Source: Haplodiscus bocki (lineage: Eukaryota). Taken from it: a DNA stretch of 64,000 bases. The notes under the pieces were generated by a model, which searched no databases, was not told the origin of the DNA, and worked only from the letters and a program-made list of their open reading frames with translations. This document shows positions 13,869-27,700 of the stretch, piece by piece; position 1 is the stretch's first letter, and each line of letters opens with the position of its first letter. The translations under genes and the position numbers were made by a program. The DNA lies in NCBI GenBank assembly GCA_965655095.1, contig OZ296651.1, forward strand, positions 117,490,001 through 117,554,000, written 5' to 3'.

Positions 13869-15255
13869 TCTTCAGAATCAACTCTTTGATGTGTTTCTAG
13901 TGAGTAGCTCAGATTCTTTTTCTGGTTTACATTGACTTTAAACAGCCTAAGTCAATGTGGAAAAAGGATGTTACAGTTCATACTTGACATTGAAAAAACA
14001 AATTTAAGAAGAAACCAAGGCAGAATTTTCCGCAACCAATCATATTGAGAATCTAGTTGTCATTTTTCGAAAACAAACGATTGAGTAGAGTCACATAAGG
14101 AAGAAAAAAGGGGCAAAAAATTGGGGAAAGAAATGGTTAAACGTTTCCCAACTTCAGTCTCAATTAATGTTTCCCGTTCTTCTTCCCTTATATTCACCGA
14201 AATACATAAAAACACCATAATCGTTTTCTATTTTTTCAACACTCTTTTATATCTGGTAATTTTAGTGTATCCCTACAATGGTAATCATTGTTCACAGATG
14301 TAGGCAATAAAGCACTGTTACAATGCATTGCGCTGCCTAACGTTTGTCTGTCAATGATTAACCCCTAGGCGTCATACAGTTAAAATGGCCACTCTCTTCA
14401 TTCTGCTTATGCCTTGAACATGAATTTCGGTTACAGGCTTTGACTTATGTTGAAGTTTTACGTAGGAAACATAGGTTATCGGAAAGGAGCGTGTCGTAGA
14501 AAATTGTTCTTAACAAAATCGTCACCACGGTTTTTAATATAAAGTCGGTGGCGCAGAATCTGCAAAAAGGGTTAATAAGATGGTCCTCATGAAAACTTGA
14601 AGGTTTTGAATTCAGAGTGCATTCCTCTTTTATCTTACTGTTTCGTTTTTTTATTGGCCTTGAAAATACTGTTTTTGTGTTATGTTTACCACAAAAACAT
14701 CAAAAAGCCTTGTGTGTGACGCTGTGTTATGTCAAGTTATGCATTTGAAATGTTTTTCAAAGAACCACAGCCCGGTTATTGTTTCTTGACATTTTTTGCA
14801 AGAGAAGATCTTGAAAAAGAGAAAAAATCACAAAAGAGTAGGGATTGATGAAAGATGTTGTGTTTGGCTAAAGAAATAATGGAAGACACTACAACAATTG
14901 AAAACAACTATGCACTTAGGATGAAAAAACTTTATTCACTACTCATTATGTCATTTCTGAAAGGTTGCCACAGTTTCCACTTTATGAGTCTCTCTGCTAA
15001 ACTTATAACCTTAAAAAAAACAGGTAGTACACAGTTGGCGAGCAGCGTGACTGTTTATGACTGTTTACACACTTATTAATTCTTACAGTTAAGCAGTCGA
15101 CGAGTTTCATCTTCTCAAGTTAGCACAGTGCTGTAAACTGAATAGGATGAGACTTCATAAGACAGAATATTGCTTTTGACGCTGTGTACTGGCTTCTGTT
15201 GTCTTTTTCAATTCAATGCATCGAATAGGAAGCACATTGTTCTAAACATATGACA

Positions 15256-15535
15256 TTGCGTTTGTTATGTCTGCTAGAAGCAGCATACTTCAAACGCGCG
15301 AGGTTGCGTTTGTTACGTCTGCTAGAAGCAGCAAACTTGAAACGTGCGAGGTTGCGTTTATGTCTGCTAGAAGCAGCATACTTGAAGCCCGTGAGGTTTA
15401 TTTGTTATGTCTGCTAGAAGCAGCTTACATGAGACCTCCGAGGTTGCGGTTGATATGACTGTTAGAAGCAGCATACATGAGACCTCAGAGGTGGCATTTG
15501 GCTTGTCTACCAGAAGGATCATTTGTGAGACGTGT
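15256..15535. repeat. Minisatellite, ~45-48-bp unit, ~6 decaying copies
   Basis: Unit ttgcgtttgttatgtctgctagaagcagcatactt.aa.c..gagg, with internal ctgct-aga-agcag palindrome. Confidence 0.9.
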
Positions 15536-16284
15536 CATTTGTTTTTAGTTTAGTTCATTTATTCGAAATAGTCAATCTTTTCAGGCGACGTAACTCCTAT
15601 TAACCTGTTCCGACTAATCCTGTGTCATTATAGGTTTCCATAGCGCCCCTGCATTCATTTTTTTTGGGAAAGGTAATGTATGAAATCTGAAACGGGTTTC
15701 TGCGAAGGCAACTATGCTACAGCTACCAAAAACTATCATGGTTAGTCTTCAACTTTTTTAACATCTGCCCAGAAAAATGAGCAGAGCAAAGCGGTTATTG
15801 TTTTAATTGAATAGAAGGGCTGTCGTCTGATGTTAATGACCAACAGGTGCAAACAAAATAGATTTTTTCACAAGTTTTCATTGAAACTGTAAAGAAGAAA
15901 AACTGATTTGAAACACTGAGAAAAACCACTATTTGAAAATTTATTACAAAAGTGACACATATCATGTTTTAATTTGCTTATTTGTTTCATGCTTACTGCA
16001 CTGCTGATGTTGATGGGTCAATGGGTAGAATTGGATAAACGAAAAAAAAGTTCCCCCGAGCTGTTGGATGCGCAAAGAAAAAACTGCCATGATTGTTGCA
16101 ATTGTTTATAAACAATAGACCGCTTTACTAACAAACCTTATTTAAATCTAAAGTACTTTTGCATCCAACTTGAAGCCTATAGTATATATTTCTTCATCTG
16201 AGTCAGAACAGTTTGTTACCGCAAAAATAATAAAAATAACCATCCAGAAAACCTATTTTGATTGTGTTGGGTTTCAATTTTATT

Positions 16285-16432
16285 GGAAGCACGCAAACCT
16301 TTCATACGTTCAATGAATTAAACACATGTCACATCTTAAATCAACACTCGAAAGTCCGTTGGCGCGCTGTCGCGCGCCGATCGTCTCAACTAAAGCCCCA
16401 CCTGTTTTTGGGCTCACCCGTTGTCTAGGTGG
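16285..16432 (+). other. X-type right terminus of unit A (hairpin 16361-16378, CTAG 16425-16428)
   Basis: Near-identical to 3105-3254. Confidence 0.75.
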
Positions 16433-16534
16433 TCACGCTCTTAAGCCCCACAAAACAGTATTGCGAGGCGGGGGAGGGGCCCTGTGCCGAGCTTCATAAA
16501 TCAAGTTTACACCTAACCGGACCCCCCCGAAAAG

Positions 16535-17010
16535 GAGACGATCTCGAAACCTAACCATACGATTTCGATCAAACTTTGCATGTGGATAGAGTCTGCCGAT
16601 GTATGAAGATTTTTGGCACTTACATCATTTTCTTTTTTTTTTCGTTGGGGAGATATGACGCAATGATCCTGTTTTTTGGCAGGTTTCGATGTATTTTTCG
16701 CAATATCTCCACACTTTAACCATAGCATTGGACTCAAATTTTTTCTGTGAAGCACAATTGTTGTGGACTACCTACATGCCAAAAGTTTTTGGCCAGGGCC
16801 TTTTGCCCTAGGAGATATGACCTTTCAAAGTTGTCAAAAATAGGCCAAAATCGACCAATTTGTCATTTCTCCCACGTTGATGTTAAAAAAAGTGATGTGA
16901 GCTTTCGTCACAACGTGACGGGACCTGTGTCAAATGAAAAAAAAATTCCGACAAAAAAACAGTTTTGGTCAAATTGCCGAAAATAATGACGGTTATGACG
17001 ATTTTTTGTG
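16535..17010 (+). repeat. Conserved left subterminal block of unit B
   Basis: ccatacgatttcgatcaaactttgcatg, repeated ggagatatgac, and tgccgaaaa..atgacggttatgacg, shared with C and D. Confidence 0.75.
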
Positions 17011-17761
17011 GAGGAAAAAAAAACAGGTAAAAAGTCAGTTTCTCCTCTACTTCATCTGAAATCCGTCAACTTTTTGAAGGCGGGAATGAAGCTTTGCTGA
17101 AATTTCATACTCAACTATTAGGCATTAGGCTGGGAAACTGTCGGTAACACAAGTTTTAACTTGGGCCAATTCAAGGAAACTCGCTGCAGTTTTTTTCTTT
17201 CAATTCCAAATTATTTGTAATAGAAATTATGAAGATTATGTTATAGTTATACATAACTGTAGGAACTTTTTTTGTCTCAGCGGACATTGAATTAGATTTG
17301 AGGTGACTAGTTACAAGGAGCTGCACAAACTTTTTTCTGAATGACCCATTGAATTTTTAATGAACATTATACGTACCAACAACAGAAAACAACTTAAACT
17401 GTGCTAAATAAAGTTCACTAGTAATACAAAGTGAAATCTCAGTTTAACTGCAAATGAATGGTAGCAACCCTTGAAAATTCAATTGAATGCACGTAGAAAA
17501 AATGCACTTCATGACAACTCTTTTTCTTAAACGACAATTGATCTTTTAATTTTGGGCAAACAACTTACGGTCGAATGCCTTGTGACAGTCGATGTTGCAT
17601 GCAAACAACTTTCGATAGCTTGCTGAATGATTCATTGCACCTTGTTTTAATTGTCTCTAATACCTGTGTTGAGCCTGTAATTAATTTGTAACTGTAGTAA
17701 AAACTATCACAACAGTGATTGATATAAGATTTGTTTGAGTTTTGTTGGTTCAATGAAGTGT

Positions 17762-18793
17762 TCATCTCATGTTGTTTGCATTGTCACTTGCCGGCAAACT
17801 TGTGTTAGCGTGAAAAAGGCGTGGTGGCTGGTTTGTATCGTCTCCAGTCCAGGGAATTACATTGTACTTCAAGTTCACAGGGATCTCAGTCGCTGGAGTG
17901 ATCCGACAAATTCTTACCCTTTGAACATTTTGGGCAATGTTTTCTTCTGTCAAAGCAGTTTTGTAGAAGCCTGACACTCTCCATCCACCATTGTTATTAA
18001 CATGGTTAGCAACACGCATGACAGCTTCTCTCAAAAGTCCCCTGTCAATTGATGTGTATGCCGATCTAATGATAGCTTCCTCACAAAAAAGTTTGGTCAA
18101 AGACAAACTTTGCAGAATATCCCCTGTTAGAGGATCATCGTCTTCGTTCAATATGTCCTGACTAATTACCCTTGCTGACATTACCCATGCCGACAAAGTC
18201 GATTTTTGCAAACATGCACAAATGCTTTAGTTTTTTCTATTTCTTCTGTCGCACAAAAAACCTGAGCAAGTCGGAAACACAGGAATTGCGTGCAGAAACG
18301 AAAAGGGTCGATGTGGGAGACAGAAGTGGAACATTGCACCCGTCGAGGGATTCAAATCGATAGGAACAGGCTCCATTGGCAGGTCGTCGGTAACTACCTC
18401 TAACGGAAGAGACACGTTGAAAATTGGATTGGTTCGATCGTTACCAAGGCAGGAGTTGGAAAATATTGCTTCTTTCACATCAACGATGGCACCAATAGTT
18501 AATTTTCGGTCAGCAAAAAGGAGTGAACTTTTCTGCGCCGAATCGGCTTTTACTGCAAAGCATTCTCGCTTTTCCATTTCGCCGATGATGATTAGGCGAT
18601 CATAGTTTGTGTCAGGGGTCAATCTTTTAGCTTTTACAGTTTGCGGTCGAAATAACTGTAGGGGACGATCAAATTTTTTAAAAACCAAAACAACACCTCG
18701 GATATATGTGTTCTCACTGTTGCGCAAGAAGTTGGGAGCAGTTATTTGGGCCGTATTTACACGGGTGGTCATCATCTGGAACAATCTCTTCAA
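17762..18793 (-). pseudogene. Accessory ORF2 of unit B, GAA>TAA nonsense at 18227-18229
   Basis: Two in-frame ORFs. The intact 343-aa copy at 54889-55920 has Glu at this codon. Confidence 0.9.
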
Positions 18794-20116
18794 GCATCAT
18801 CTTACACAACGCGGTTTACACAATGACATTTTTTTAACCTATTCAGGACGCAGAACTAAGTGTTCTCAATAAACAAAACAAAGAAGATGAAGTTGAACAT
18901 GATCAAATACAACTTCATTAATTTTCCACGTTTCAGTGAGAATTGTTAGTATACATTAAAAGGTTCGATATTAAAGTTGTTGCTCTTTTTTTACATTGAA
19001 AAAATTTACATGATTATTTACATGATGCCACGCAAAAGGTGGAACTGACTTTTTTCAACTTTTTTTTTCACGTTTCAATGGTCTGAAAGTTCAGTCAATA
19101 GTAAATGAGGGGTATGTTTGGTCTTAATTACATTCTTCAACGAACTTTCACTGAACAATCATGGCTGCAAATGCAAATGAAAAGAGTATACGTATTGAAA
19201 ACGTGTTAACTCAGGATAAAATTGAAGTTCTTTGTGGTAACCAGTCTAACATGAAACTAAAATCTTTTGAAAAATGATTAATTCATTGCACAGACAATGA
19301 TAGCAACTTGAAAGAAATGAAACAATCGACAGTTTTTTGACTTAAACAAATGAAGTTGAATCGAAGCTACATAAAACGATATTTCAAGGGAAGTAATGTG
19401 CGGAATGTTCCATTTCAATGAGAATTTCAATTAGGTACAAAAAATTAACAGAAATAAAAACAACGCCGAACAAAAAGCAACATTCAAGGGTTTAGCAGTA
19501 TCCATGCGTTTAGCAGTATTCACTTTATGGAGAAACGTATGTGAAAGAAACTAGCATACATAAAAAACAACGCAACATACCAAATTCAAAGGTTTACCGG
19601 ATTAAAATGACATTTGCTCAAAAAATCATTGAATTTTGTTGAGAAGTTACAAACAAAGAAAAACTCAGATCACTTTACAGTCGATTCCAATTGTATGCAC
19701 AGTAAAACAACCAATAACTCCTATTTGTTTGCTGCATGATAAAATAGGAATATCTGTTTAATCGAATATGCCGAAGGAAGCCTTCAAAACCTTGGTCGTC
19801 CAGGTTTTCCACAACACTTTTATTTCTTTTTCAGTTGGAAAATGATGTGATTGCTTTCAGAACCCCAGTCGACATTGAGCAGGTGTACGTATTCTGCGAC
19901 GCTCTGTTAAAAGAGTGGGCATTAAACAATTACAATTGATCACAATTTTGTCGACCACATTATGAAAACTTTTCAGTCAACTTTGATATTTTAAAAGAAA
20001 CTAAGAAGAAAGAAAACAAACACGCCATTACCAAAAAATCTAACACAGGGTACCATGTTAGAGACTGCGCTCATTAATCAACAACTACTTCACGAAAGCT
20101 TTGTTACTTGTACTTA

Positions 20117-20884
20117 TCACAGGTCAGAAAAATGTTGTACAGTACCCAAAACTCTTTTTCTTAGAATGTACATCAAGTTGGAAACACCGTGACGAGATAA
20201 AGGCACGCCATCCATCAAATTCCCCTCGGAGCTCATTTTGCTAGCCACCGACAAAAAATTGTATTGACCCGAAGAGTTTCTGAGTCCATCGTTCACCCTT
20301 TTGATATCTAGGAGGCAACGTTTGGATCTCATGACAAGAACCAGACAGTATACTGTGTAACACATTGGAGTGGCCAGACGCACGAGGTACATAATGTCTC
20401 GAACCACCTAAGATTTAACAAACTTTTTTGAGGTGAACATGCACTTCGTTTGATTTTGTCGAACTTTCTTCAAATTTTGGAGGAAAAAAAATGAAAATAC
20501 TTTCAGTTTCATTTGACGCTCAGCTTTTTAATAGGAAAATTTTTTTCGCAGGGAAATATCACCTGCTTATCAATTCATGCACAATGCACCCTGATGTTGC
20601 AATGAGTATTTTCCTGAAAATGTTTTCAGTCGCGACCAACTTGACATTCTGCTGAACAAATCACTCACTTGCTCAGGAGTTTTTCCCCGCTGTCTGCCCC
20701 TGCTTGTAAGTGCATTTGCCCCGATGAACAGAATGATTGATTCATAAAACGTTGTTAGGTTTCTTAAACAGTCAATTACCGGACGGCAAGATGCCGTGGC
20801 ACCAGGGAAAAACTTCACTTCCAGGTTTTCGTGCTTCCTGACAAGTCTTCTGCCAAGAGAATCAGCTATGATAAGATGTCTCAT
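20117..20884 (-). CDS. Two-exon SGNH/GDSL esterase-like protein (~168 aa; exons 20884-20669 and 20407-20117); catalytic His replaced by Pro
   Basis: IIADS, FPGAT and FIGAN in exon 1; DGV(P)LSRHG in exon 2. GTGAGT donor at 20668 and ttAG acceptor at 20408, phase 0. Confidence 0.8.
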
Positions 20885-21796
20885 TTAGATCTGCAGAACG
20901 TTGAAAAACAAACACAAGGGGGGACGACAAAAAAAACGACAATTAATGATTCCAACATCATAGGTACACTATGATGGAACACAGAAGATAAGTGTCATTA
21001 GCATTAAATTGGAGTATAAAACGCAAGAGCTGAAAATATCATTGTTCCAAAAGCTCTAAATATATATTTGCTCATTTGAGTGTGTCTGCTTTTTGGTATA
21101 GAAGTTTCACTAAGGTTTCACTAAATGTTTCACCTTGCGGTCGAAACAGGAAGAAGCACAAGGCTTTTATCATACACTATCTGGGAGTATATCGTTATTA
21201 GGACAAACAAAAAAGAAAGTGTTCGATAAGCATACGTTAAAAATGCAGTGCAAAAAGTTAAATTTTCTAATCAATCAACTTTACTAACAGTGGGCAATCA
21301 GGAACGTTCTTTGTTAAGGGGCAGTTTAAGAACACCTAATGTACCCATTTCAATGTTCCAAAAAGCATGTTGAAAGTGCAGCAAACATTTTTCCGCAAAT
21401 GAATATTGTCGAGAAAGTTTTGTATTAAACTTACTTAAACGTTGAACTCTATGGAAAACAGTACGTTGGCTAAATATTCTGTAGACTACTCTCAAAGACG
21501 TCACAAATCGAACAATTGAATTGTTGTAAATAGCAAAAGAAAAAACATTTAGAAATAACAAATTCAGCGTTCTTTAAACACAGCAAAAAGCAAAAACACA
21601 CATACTAAAAACATTATACGTGCACCTCTGGAAACCACCGGGGACATTGAAGATATACGTTGGACGTTTAAAAATTCATTTCATGTGTTGAATAAATAAT
21701 GAACTTCAGGTTTTTTTGTGAGAAAGCATTCACTTCGTCACATTTCACAGTCGGCGAAGCATTTGATAAGTAGTTTGTCAGTGTTTCTCTAAGGTA

Positions 21797-24700
21797 CTAA
21801 AGTAATATGGGCTGATTACAGCAAATTACCAATTTCAAGACATCTTCTTTATGAGGCCAATTTATGATTAAGTTTTCTGCTGTTGACAAGGCATTCGGGA
21901 GGGAGATGTTCTTCTTCCTCAAGTTAAGCACTTTAGTAACTGCCTCAAGCCACCGTTTTTCAAAAAACCTTATTCTCTCCGTTGAGCTGCTTGCAAGAAA
22001 ACCAGTCACGTAAGCACACAAAACCCAAGGTCTTCGAGAGGGATCCTGTGTGAATGATGCTCCCAAGCCAACATTATGTTCACGAATTCGTCGATTGAGG
22101 CACATTGTTGAACCAATATATAACAGGTTGTTTTGCGGGACGCTCTGAATAAGGTAACAGTAGCCAACATTCTCCTGCGGTATACTTATGTTTGATGGAA
22201 AAGGGTTTGTAGCACCATGGAAGATCGTTGGGTCACGGGAAGAACACTTCTGGAGGATTTCGGAAGTCAGCTCCGACCACTGTGACTTTTTACACAGCAA
22301 ACTCAGAATGGCTCCTTCGTTCGACTGCTTCGATCCCACGAAAGTGATGTCCGCCAGTGATCGAACACGACTCATTACTACGTATAGTTGCTCTGGCAAC
22401 CAAAGTGAAAACTATTGGGCTCCAACAATCTGCGTGGCAACTGTTGGGAGTGTTTCGCCCATAGTTTTATGAATAGTTGACGCCACCTACAATTTGAGGG
22501 GGAATTGGATTCTGCGACAAATAGTTCTGTGGTTTAGACGAATGTTCACTCCAATTTCTTTTGCAAAGACAATAAATCTCCAGGTACTTCGAATTACAGA
22601 GAGTGGTGGAATGGATCGGCAACCAGCAGGTGCCAAGGCAACAGTTACTGTTCCGTTGTCAACCAATGAGTCCAGGGAAACCAAAACACAGAGTTGTCCT
22701 TGGAAAGCCATCACATTTGGCTTGTTAACGGTGAGTCGGAGAATTGCTCCAGGGAACAGAAACAACGATTGTGGCTCCAAACATTTCTTGTTTAAAAACT
22801 TTGTCGCCGCTCCAGAAGCTTCTATCCAGTTGTCCGTACTTGACACACACATTTCATCTGTCGATGAACTTTCATGGAACTGGGAACCACTGTCTTTCAC
22901 TTGACAATTTTTCTGTAATGTCGCATATCTTTCTGCTTTGCGAGTAGCAAAAATTCTAATTGTATCATTTGGTACGTCATCCCAACATTCTACGAAATTG
23001 CAATTTCGCTCAATCAAATTCCAAATTTGCTTTCCGATGGGAGTTGTTCTGGGAAAAGTTGACATGAGTGACAAAACTTTCTGACCTGCTTCGTTTTGCA
23101 TACGCACAAAGTGCTGGAGGAAACTAAAATGAAAAGTCGTTAAAGGGAATGAAGAACTGATCAGACAACTTCCTTTTGGTGGAGGAAGTTGAAAAAAATC
23201 TCCTGTTGCAATGATTAGTTTCCCAGCAAATGGCACGTAGTTCGAGCAAATGATTTGGAAAACGTGGTCCGTGGCAGCCCAAAGTTCACTTGAGATCATC
23301 GAAATTTCTTCAACGAACAATACATCCAAATTCTGGAGAAACCGACTTTTGTCCGGTGATTTCTGCAAGCTGGACAAAGCTACTGGAGACAAAGAATTAA
23401 CAGTTCCATTTTTTTCCACCGGGAAAGGAATGAGAGCGTTCAGATGCTTCCCACCTAAAGCAGCCGACCTTTCGGCCGCCAGCGAAGTTACCATGCAATT
23501 GAGTCCTTGACATGTTGCATAACTCAGACCTCTCAGCATGATGAACGTTTTTCCCGTTCCTGGTGCCCCTGCAATGATTTGATGTCTGACGAAATTTTGT
23601 GTTCCTCCTCTGTACAAGTCCACCATTTCAACTAAATGTTTCAAAATTTCACTCTGTTCACAGTACGACTTCACTGTCTGGCCAGGATGTCTACCAAAGT
23701 CCGGTTTCCAAACAACGGGTGCAGTTAGGGAAGCGTCTATCATACTTTCTTCGCTTGGAAGTCCCATTTGACATGTGTGTAAGAACTCTACCAATCTACT
23801 CTTGTTCATTGTCAAATCTACAGCAACATTTTCTTCGGAGTCGGCAGAGATAGTGCGATCCAAAACAGCTGGTACCCCGGATGCAAAATACAAATTGTTT
23901 TCTAACAGTGCCTCTCCTAGAACACTATTTGCCATCAACAAATACTTGTCAATGAGTTTAGAGGATCCTGGCACAAAGCGGAGCTGTTGCAGTAGGTACC
24001 GGCGAGCTAGTCGAAGGACGACTGCTACAGTAATGTTTATACGCTCCACCAGTTTGGCAGCTACAAAAGCTTCCCTGAGAGAGGAAACAGAGAGAATGTC
24101 CAGTTCGGTGTCAAACGAACCAAAAGTTAGCACAAAGTGCAACCAGAACTTTGTTGGACTACTGGGCAGATTATTTGTGAAAACCACTATGGCTTTTTGA
24201 TCTGGGAAACAAAGATTGTACGCTACTAGTCTGGGGCAACTGTTGGTTCCTTGCAATTTGGGGACAATGTGTTTGCGGCACTCCTCTTTCAAAAATTCGT
24301 CCCTCGGCTTATCATTTCTTGTTGCACAGAAATCAAGAAAATCGAAGATAGCGGGTGGGCGTATCTTGATGACGTATCCGAGGCAATCAACCCAAAAGTC
24401 ATTACACGATGCACGGCTCAACAAAATCTCATGACTACTTTTTCCTTTCGAAATGTTGTTTTTGAGTCTAACGAACCAACTGAAATAACTTTTCAAACTG
24501 CTGACAAAGAGAAGCTCCGGTGGTCTCAACCCAAAAAAGGTCACTTTGTCAGGCGTAATCGAACTCGCTTCTACATCTGCCAACAACAATTCTTGATTTT
24601 TTGTTAATTGTCGATGTTTTGGAAGCTTCAGGACGTTTTTCCGAATTCGAACAGCTTCGGCAAAAACAGCACTGAAGTTCATGGTGCTCGCAGTATATTT

Positions 24701-27700
24701 TTCTATCACTATTCCTGATCTGAATTCTTTGGGAACTGTTGGTACATGAATTAAATCTACGTTTGTGCAAACGTACGGCAACTGCAAAGCCCACCACAAG
24801 CATTCAGTAATGCTAACAATTCTTCCTGTTACAGATTTGCGTTTATCATCATCCTGACGTTTTTTAGTTACGCTGGATTGGACACCGGCTATTTTTTCAT
24901 TCACAATAGGTTCCGTTTGCACTTTCACTTCATTCTCACCAGCAGAGGCTAATATCTTTGTGAACGCCCGACCTTCCACACCGGCAGCATACTTTGCAAC
25001 GTATCGTGAACACATTTCGTCGTCACAAATTTGGACGTTCGTACTGCTTTCGGTGAAAGCAAACAAAGCTGCATTTGTTGGTGACAAGTGTTCATTGTAA
25101 GCAGCAGGGTAGTGATGTTTTCCAGCTCTCAGTTCTTCTTCAACTTTGTCTGTTGAAGAGTTAGGGTCAATATAGGACAATTTCATGCTTCTCAGCAAGT
25201 CCCAAGTTTCTTTGGAGTAATTAGGATGTATTTCTTTGTAAGAGAACCCAACTGATGCAGGATATTTAGGTACCCTACACACTGGCTTTCCCAACCAATC
25301 AGTTTTCTTTTTACATCTATTTTTTCCCTTGCCACAATCGTGCCTTTGGTATTTTTGGAAACGTTCTATCAACCGGAACAGTTCTCTATCCGATAACGCT
25401 GGACAACATTTGCTCAAGGCGCCCATGAAAGTTTCTTTTGAACAGCAGACTCGGGATTGAACTTCCGGACCAAATTTGTTTTCTCCGGTACACACTAGTG
25501 CATGGATGTGTGGAAAGGCCGAAGTTTCATCTTGCCACTCGTATCTCATCCATAAATGAGAGATTGGTCCCAAAGGTTGCTCGGCCGAACACTTCAACCA
25601 TTGCATTACATACTGTGAGGCGCGATGCCAACATCTAAGCATAGGCATTAATTCACTTTGTATTACAGATAATCTCAGTTCTTTGGGTGTCATATCGGGC
25701 GGGTAAAGTTTGTCAATAGCCTGGAAAATTTTTCGCAAGCCAGGGTGAGTAGATTGCCCACATGTGTATGTAACAAAATAAGTGGGGTTTCTATCTCTAA
25801 TGAGTGCTGCTACTTCGCAGACATTTTTCCGGGATCCTGCACAATCGAACTTGAACGTTTCATCGGAAAAGTACTGGTGATTAGTAGGCGTCCTGCCCAA
25901 TTCTTGCCAGCGTCTGTTCAACACAATTCGAATATCAGTTTTACTCAATTGTAAGTTCAAAAAACAGTCAAAAACGAACTGAAGGTAGGATGCGTGACTG
26001 GAGGTTAAAAGCGACCCATCAGTGATGCGAGTTCGCAGCATGTTCTCTAAACCTGCAAACCCCACCTGTTTGTTGTGTTTTTCGGATTGGAACAGGGATA
26101 TTGGAATTGCTCCTTCAATGCTGCCATCGTATCTTTGGCACCAGAAAATAGAAGGAAAAAGCAGCCCTTCCAGTTGAAGCAAAGGCGTTGATGATGTTGA
26201 GGAAGCTGTAATGTTTTCCATGAAACGTTTCACCTTAACGGTTAGGGAAATGGGATGACTTTTTTTCCTGTACAGTAAGTTGCATCGAGAATTCAACAGT
26301 ATGTGGAGAGGAATATTGTAATCTTCTTCTCTGAAAGCCTCTTGTACAGCAACAATGGCCCTTTCACCCGAACACACGTTCAATTTATTCATCACCAATT
26401 CACTTCCGCTGATCGAGTTTGCATTCATGTTGTTGCACAAGAAAGAAGCTACTGATGAACTTGAGTTTTGACTTGAACAGTTGATGGATAAGTCTGGTTC
26501 AACAACGATTTTTTCCTGGTCACATAAACTAGCTATGTTGGAATTCAGTTCAAACTGTGTAGAATTGATTGCAGATAAAGCGTCCGGTTTTTCAGGCGTT
26601 AATTTTTGTTCCGCTATAGGTCCTACTAGAACTCCTAAGTTCGGATGTTTCATTCCCTCGTCGTAGTGTTTCTTACAAACACAACTGTTGCACTTTGAGT
26701 AGGCACATCTGAGGAATGATGACCTTCCACATCGACAGAAGTAGTTGCTACGTCGGAAGTCCCTTGTTAAAGGAACATCAAGTTTGTCACAAATGAAAAC
26801 TCCTTGACCGGTTAAATTACTGAAATAGTGCCACTTTACAGTCGACACCTTTTTAGAGTTAGTTCCTCGGTAGATTAAAAAAGTCCAGTAGCCTCGTAGA
26901 ATTTCTTCTAGTAAGGTCTCAGGTAAGTCCAACAAAGCTTCAGCAAACTTGTTAGCTTTCAGTATGCGCCAAAAATTGCAGAAGCGACCACCATGCCGAG
27001 GCAAAATTACAGCATCTGTACCCCGGGACCCACAACCACATCCCACAAGCTCGAATTGGACATCAAATAGGACGATGTTGAGAGGTGGGTTGACCTTGCT
27101 CCTTAGATTGTTCACATCAGTTGTTGTAGCAATCACGTATTTCGTATCCACGGTTACGTCGCACAGATTTTTCTCAGTCAATTCTCTTCTTTGGCTCAAC
27201 TGCAGATGGCATAAGTCATCACATAATGCGTGCAACACCACGCCACTCGCCTGAAAAAAGTTTGAAATCATGTTTGGGTTGTCATTGTTAGTCGCCGCGT
27301 TATCCAATATACTGTCAATGTCAGCTTCAGCTTGTGAAATACGCTGCAACTTGCTTTCTTTTCCAAACCCAGCAAATGTATGACGCAACAGTGACAACAA
27401 ATTTGTTGCCAAAACGTGATTAACTCCAGATACAATGGATGAACAGAGAATTGGAGATATGCAGCATGCTGCTCGAAGAAACCAGAGTGTATCGCTATTA
27501 TCATTGATCAGAGGAGGAGGTGAGCAACCATGTTCATTGTTTGGTTGAGCCAAAGCGTAGCACTGAAGAAATTTCACATTACTCAAAAGTTTTTGTTCGT
27601 TTTTGTCCATTACCTTCGTCAATCGAATGCAGGTATCAAGATCTACGCCGACATGCTCCGTCATTTCTTCTTTTTTCGGCTGATATTGAGAGAGATCAGT

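Larger units (their letters stand above)
3255..16432 (+). mobile_element. Unit A: Helitron-like element, ~13.2 kb, RepHel on + strand
   Basis: Bounded by junction motifs. Contains RepHel-GIY-YIG and the accessory ORF2. Confidence 0.85.

Noticed and set aside
15256-15535. Palindromic repeat array as CRISPR
   Set aside because: Sequences between the cores are homologous to each other, so it is a minisatellite.
16429-16470. Variable ~22-28-nt segments between conserved junction halves as CRISPR-like spacers
   Set aside because: They are kilobases apart, partly self-complementary with their flanks, and no Cas-like genes are present. Better explained as element termini.
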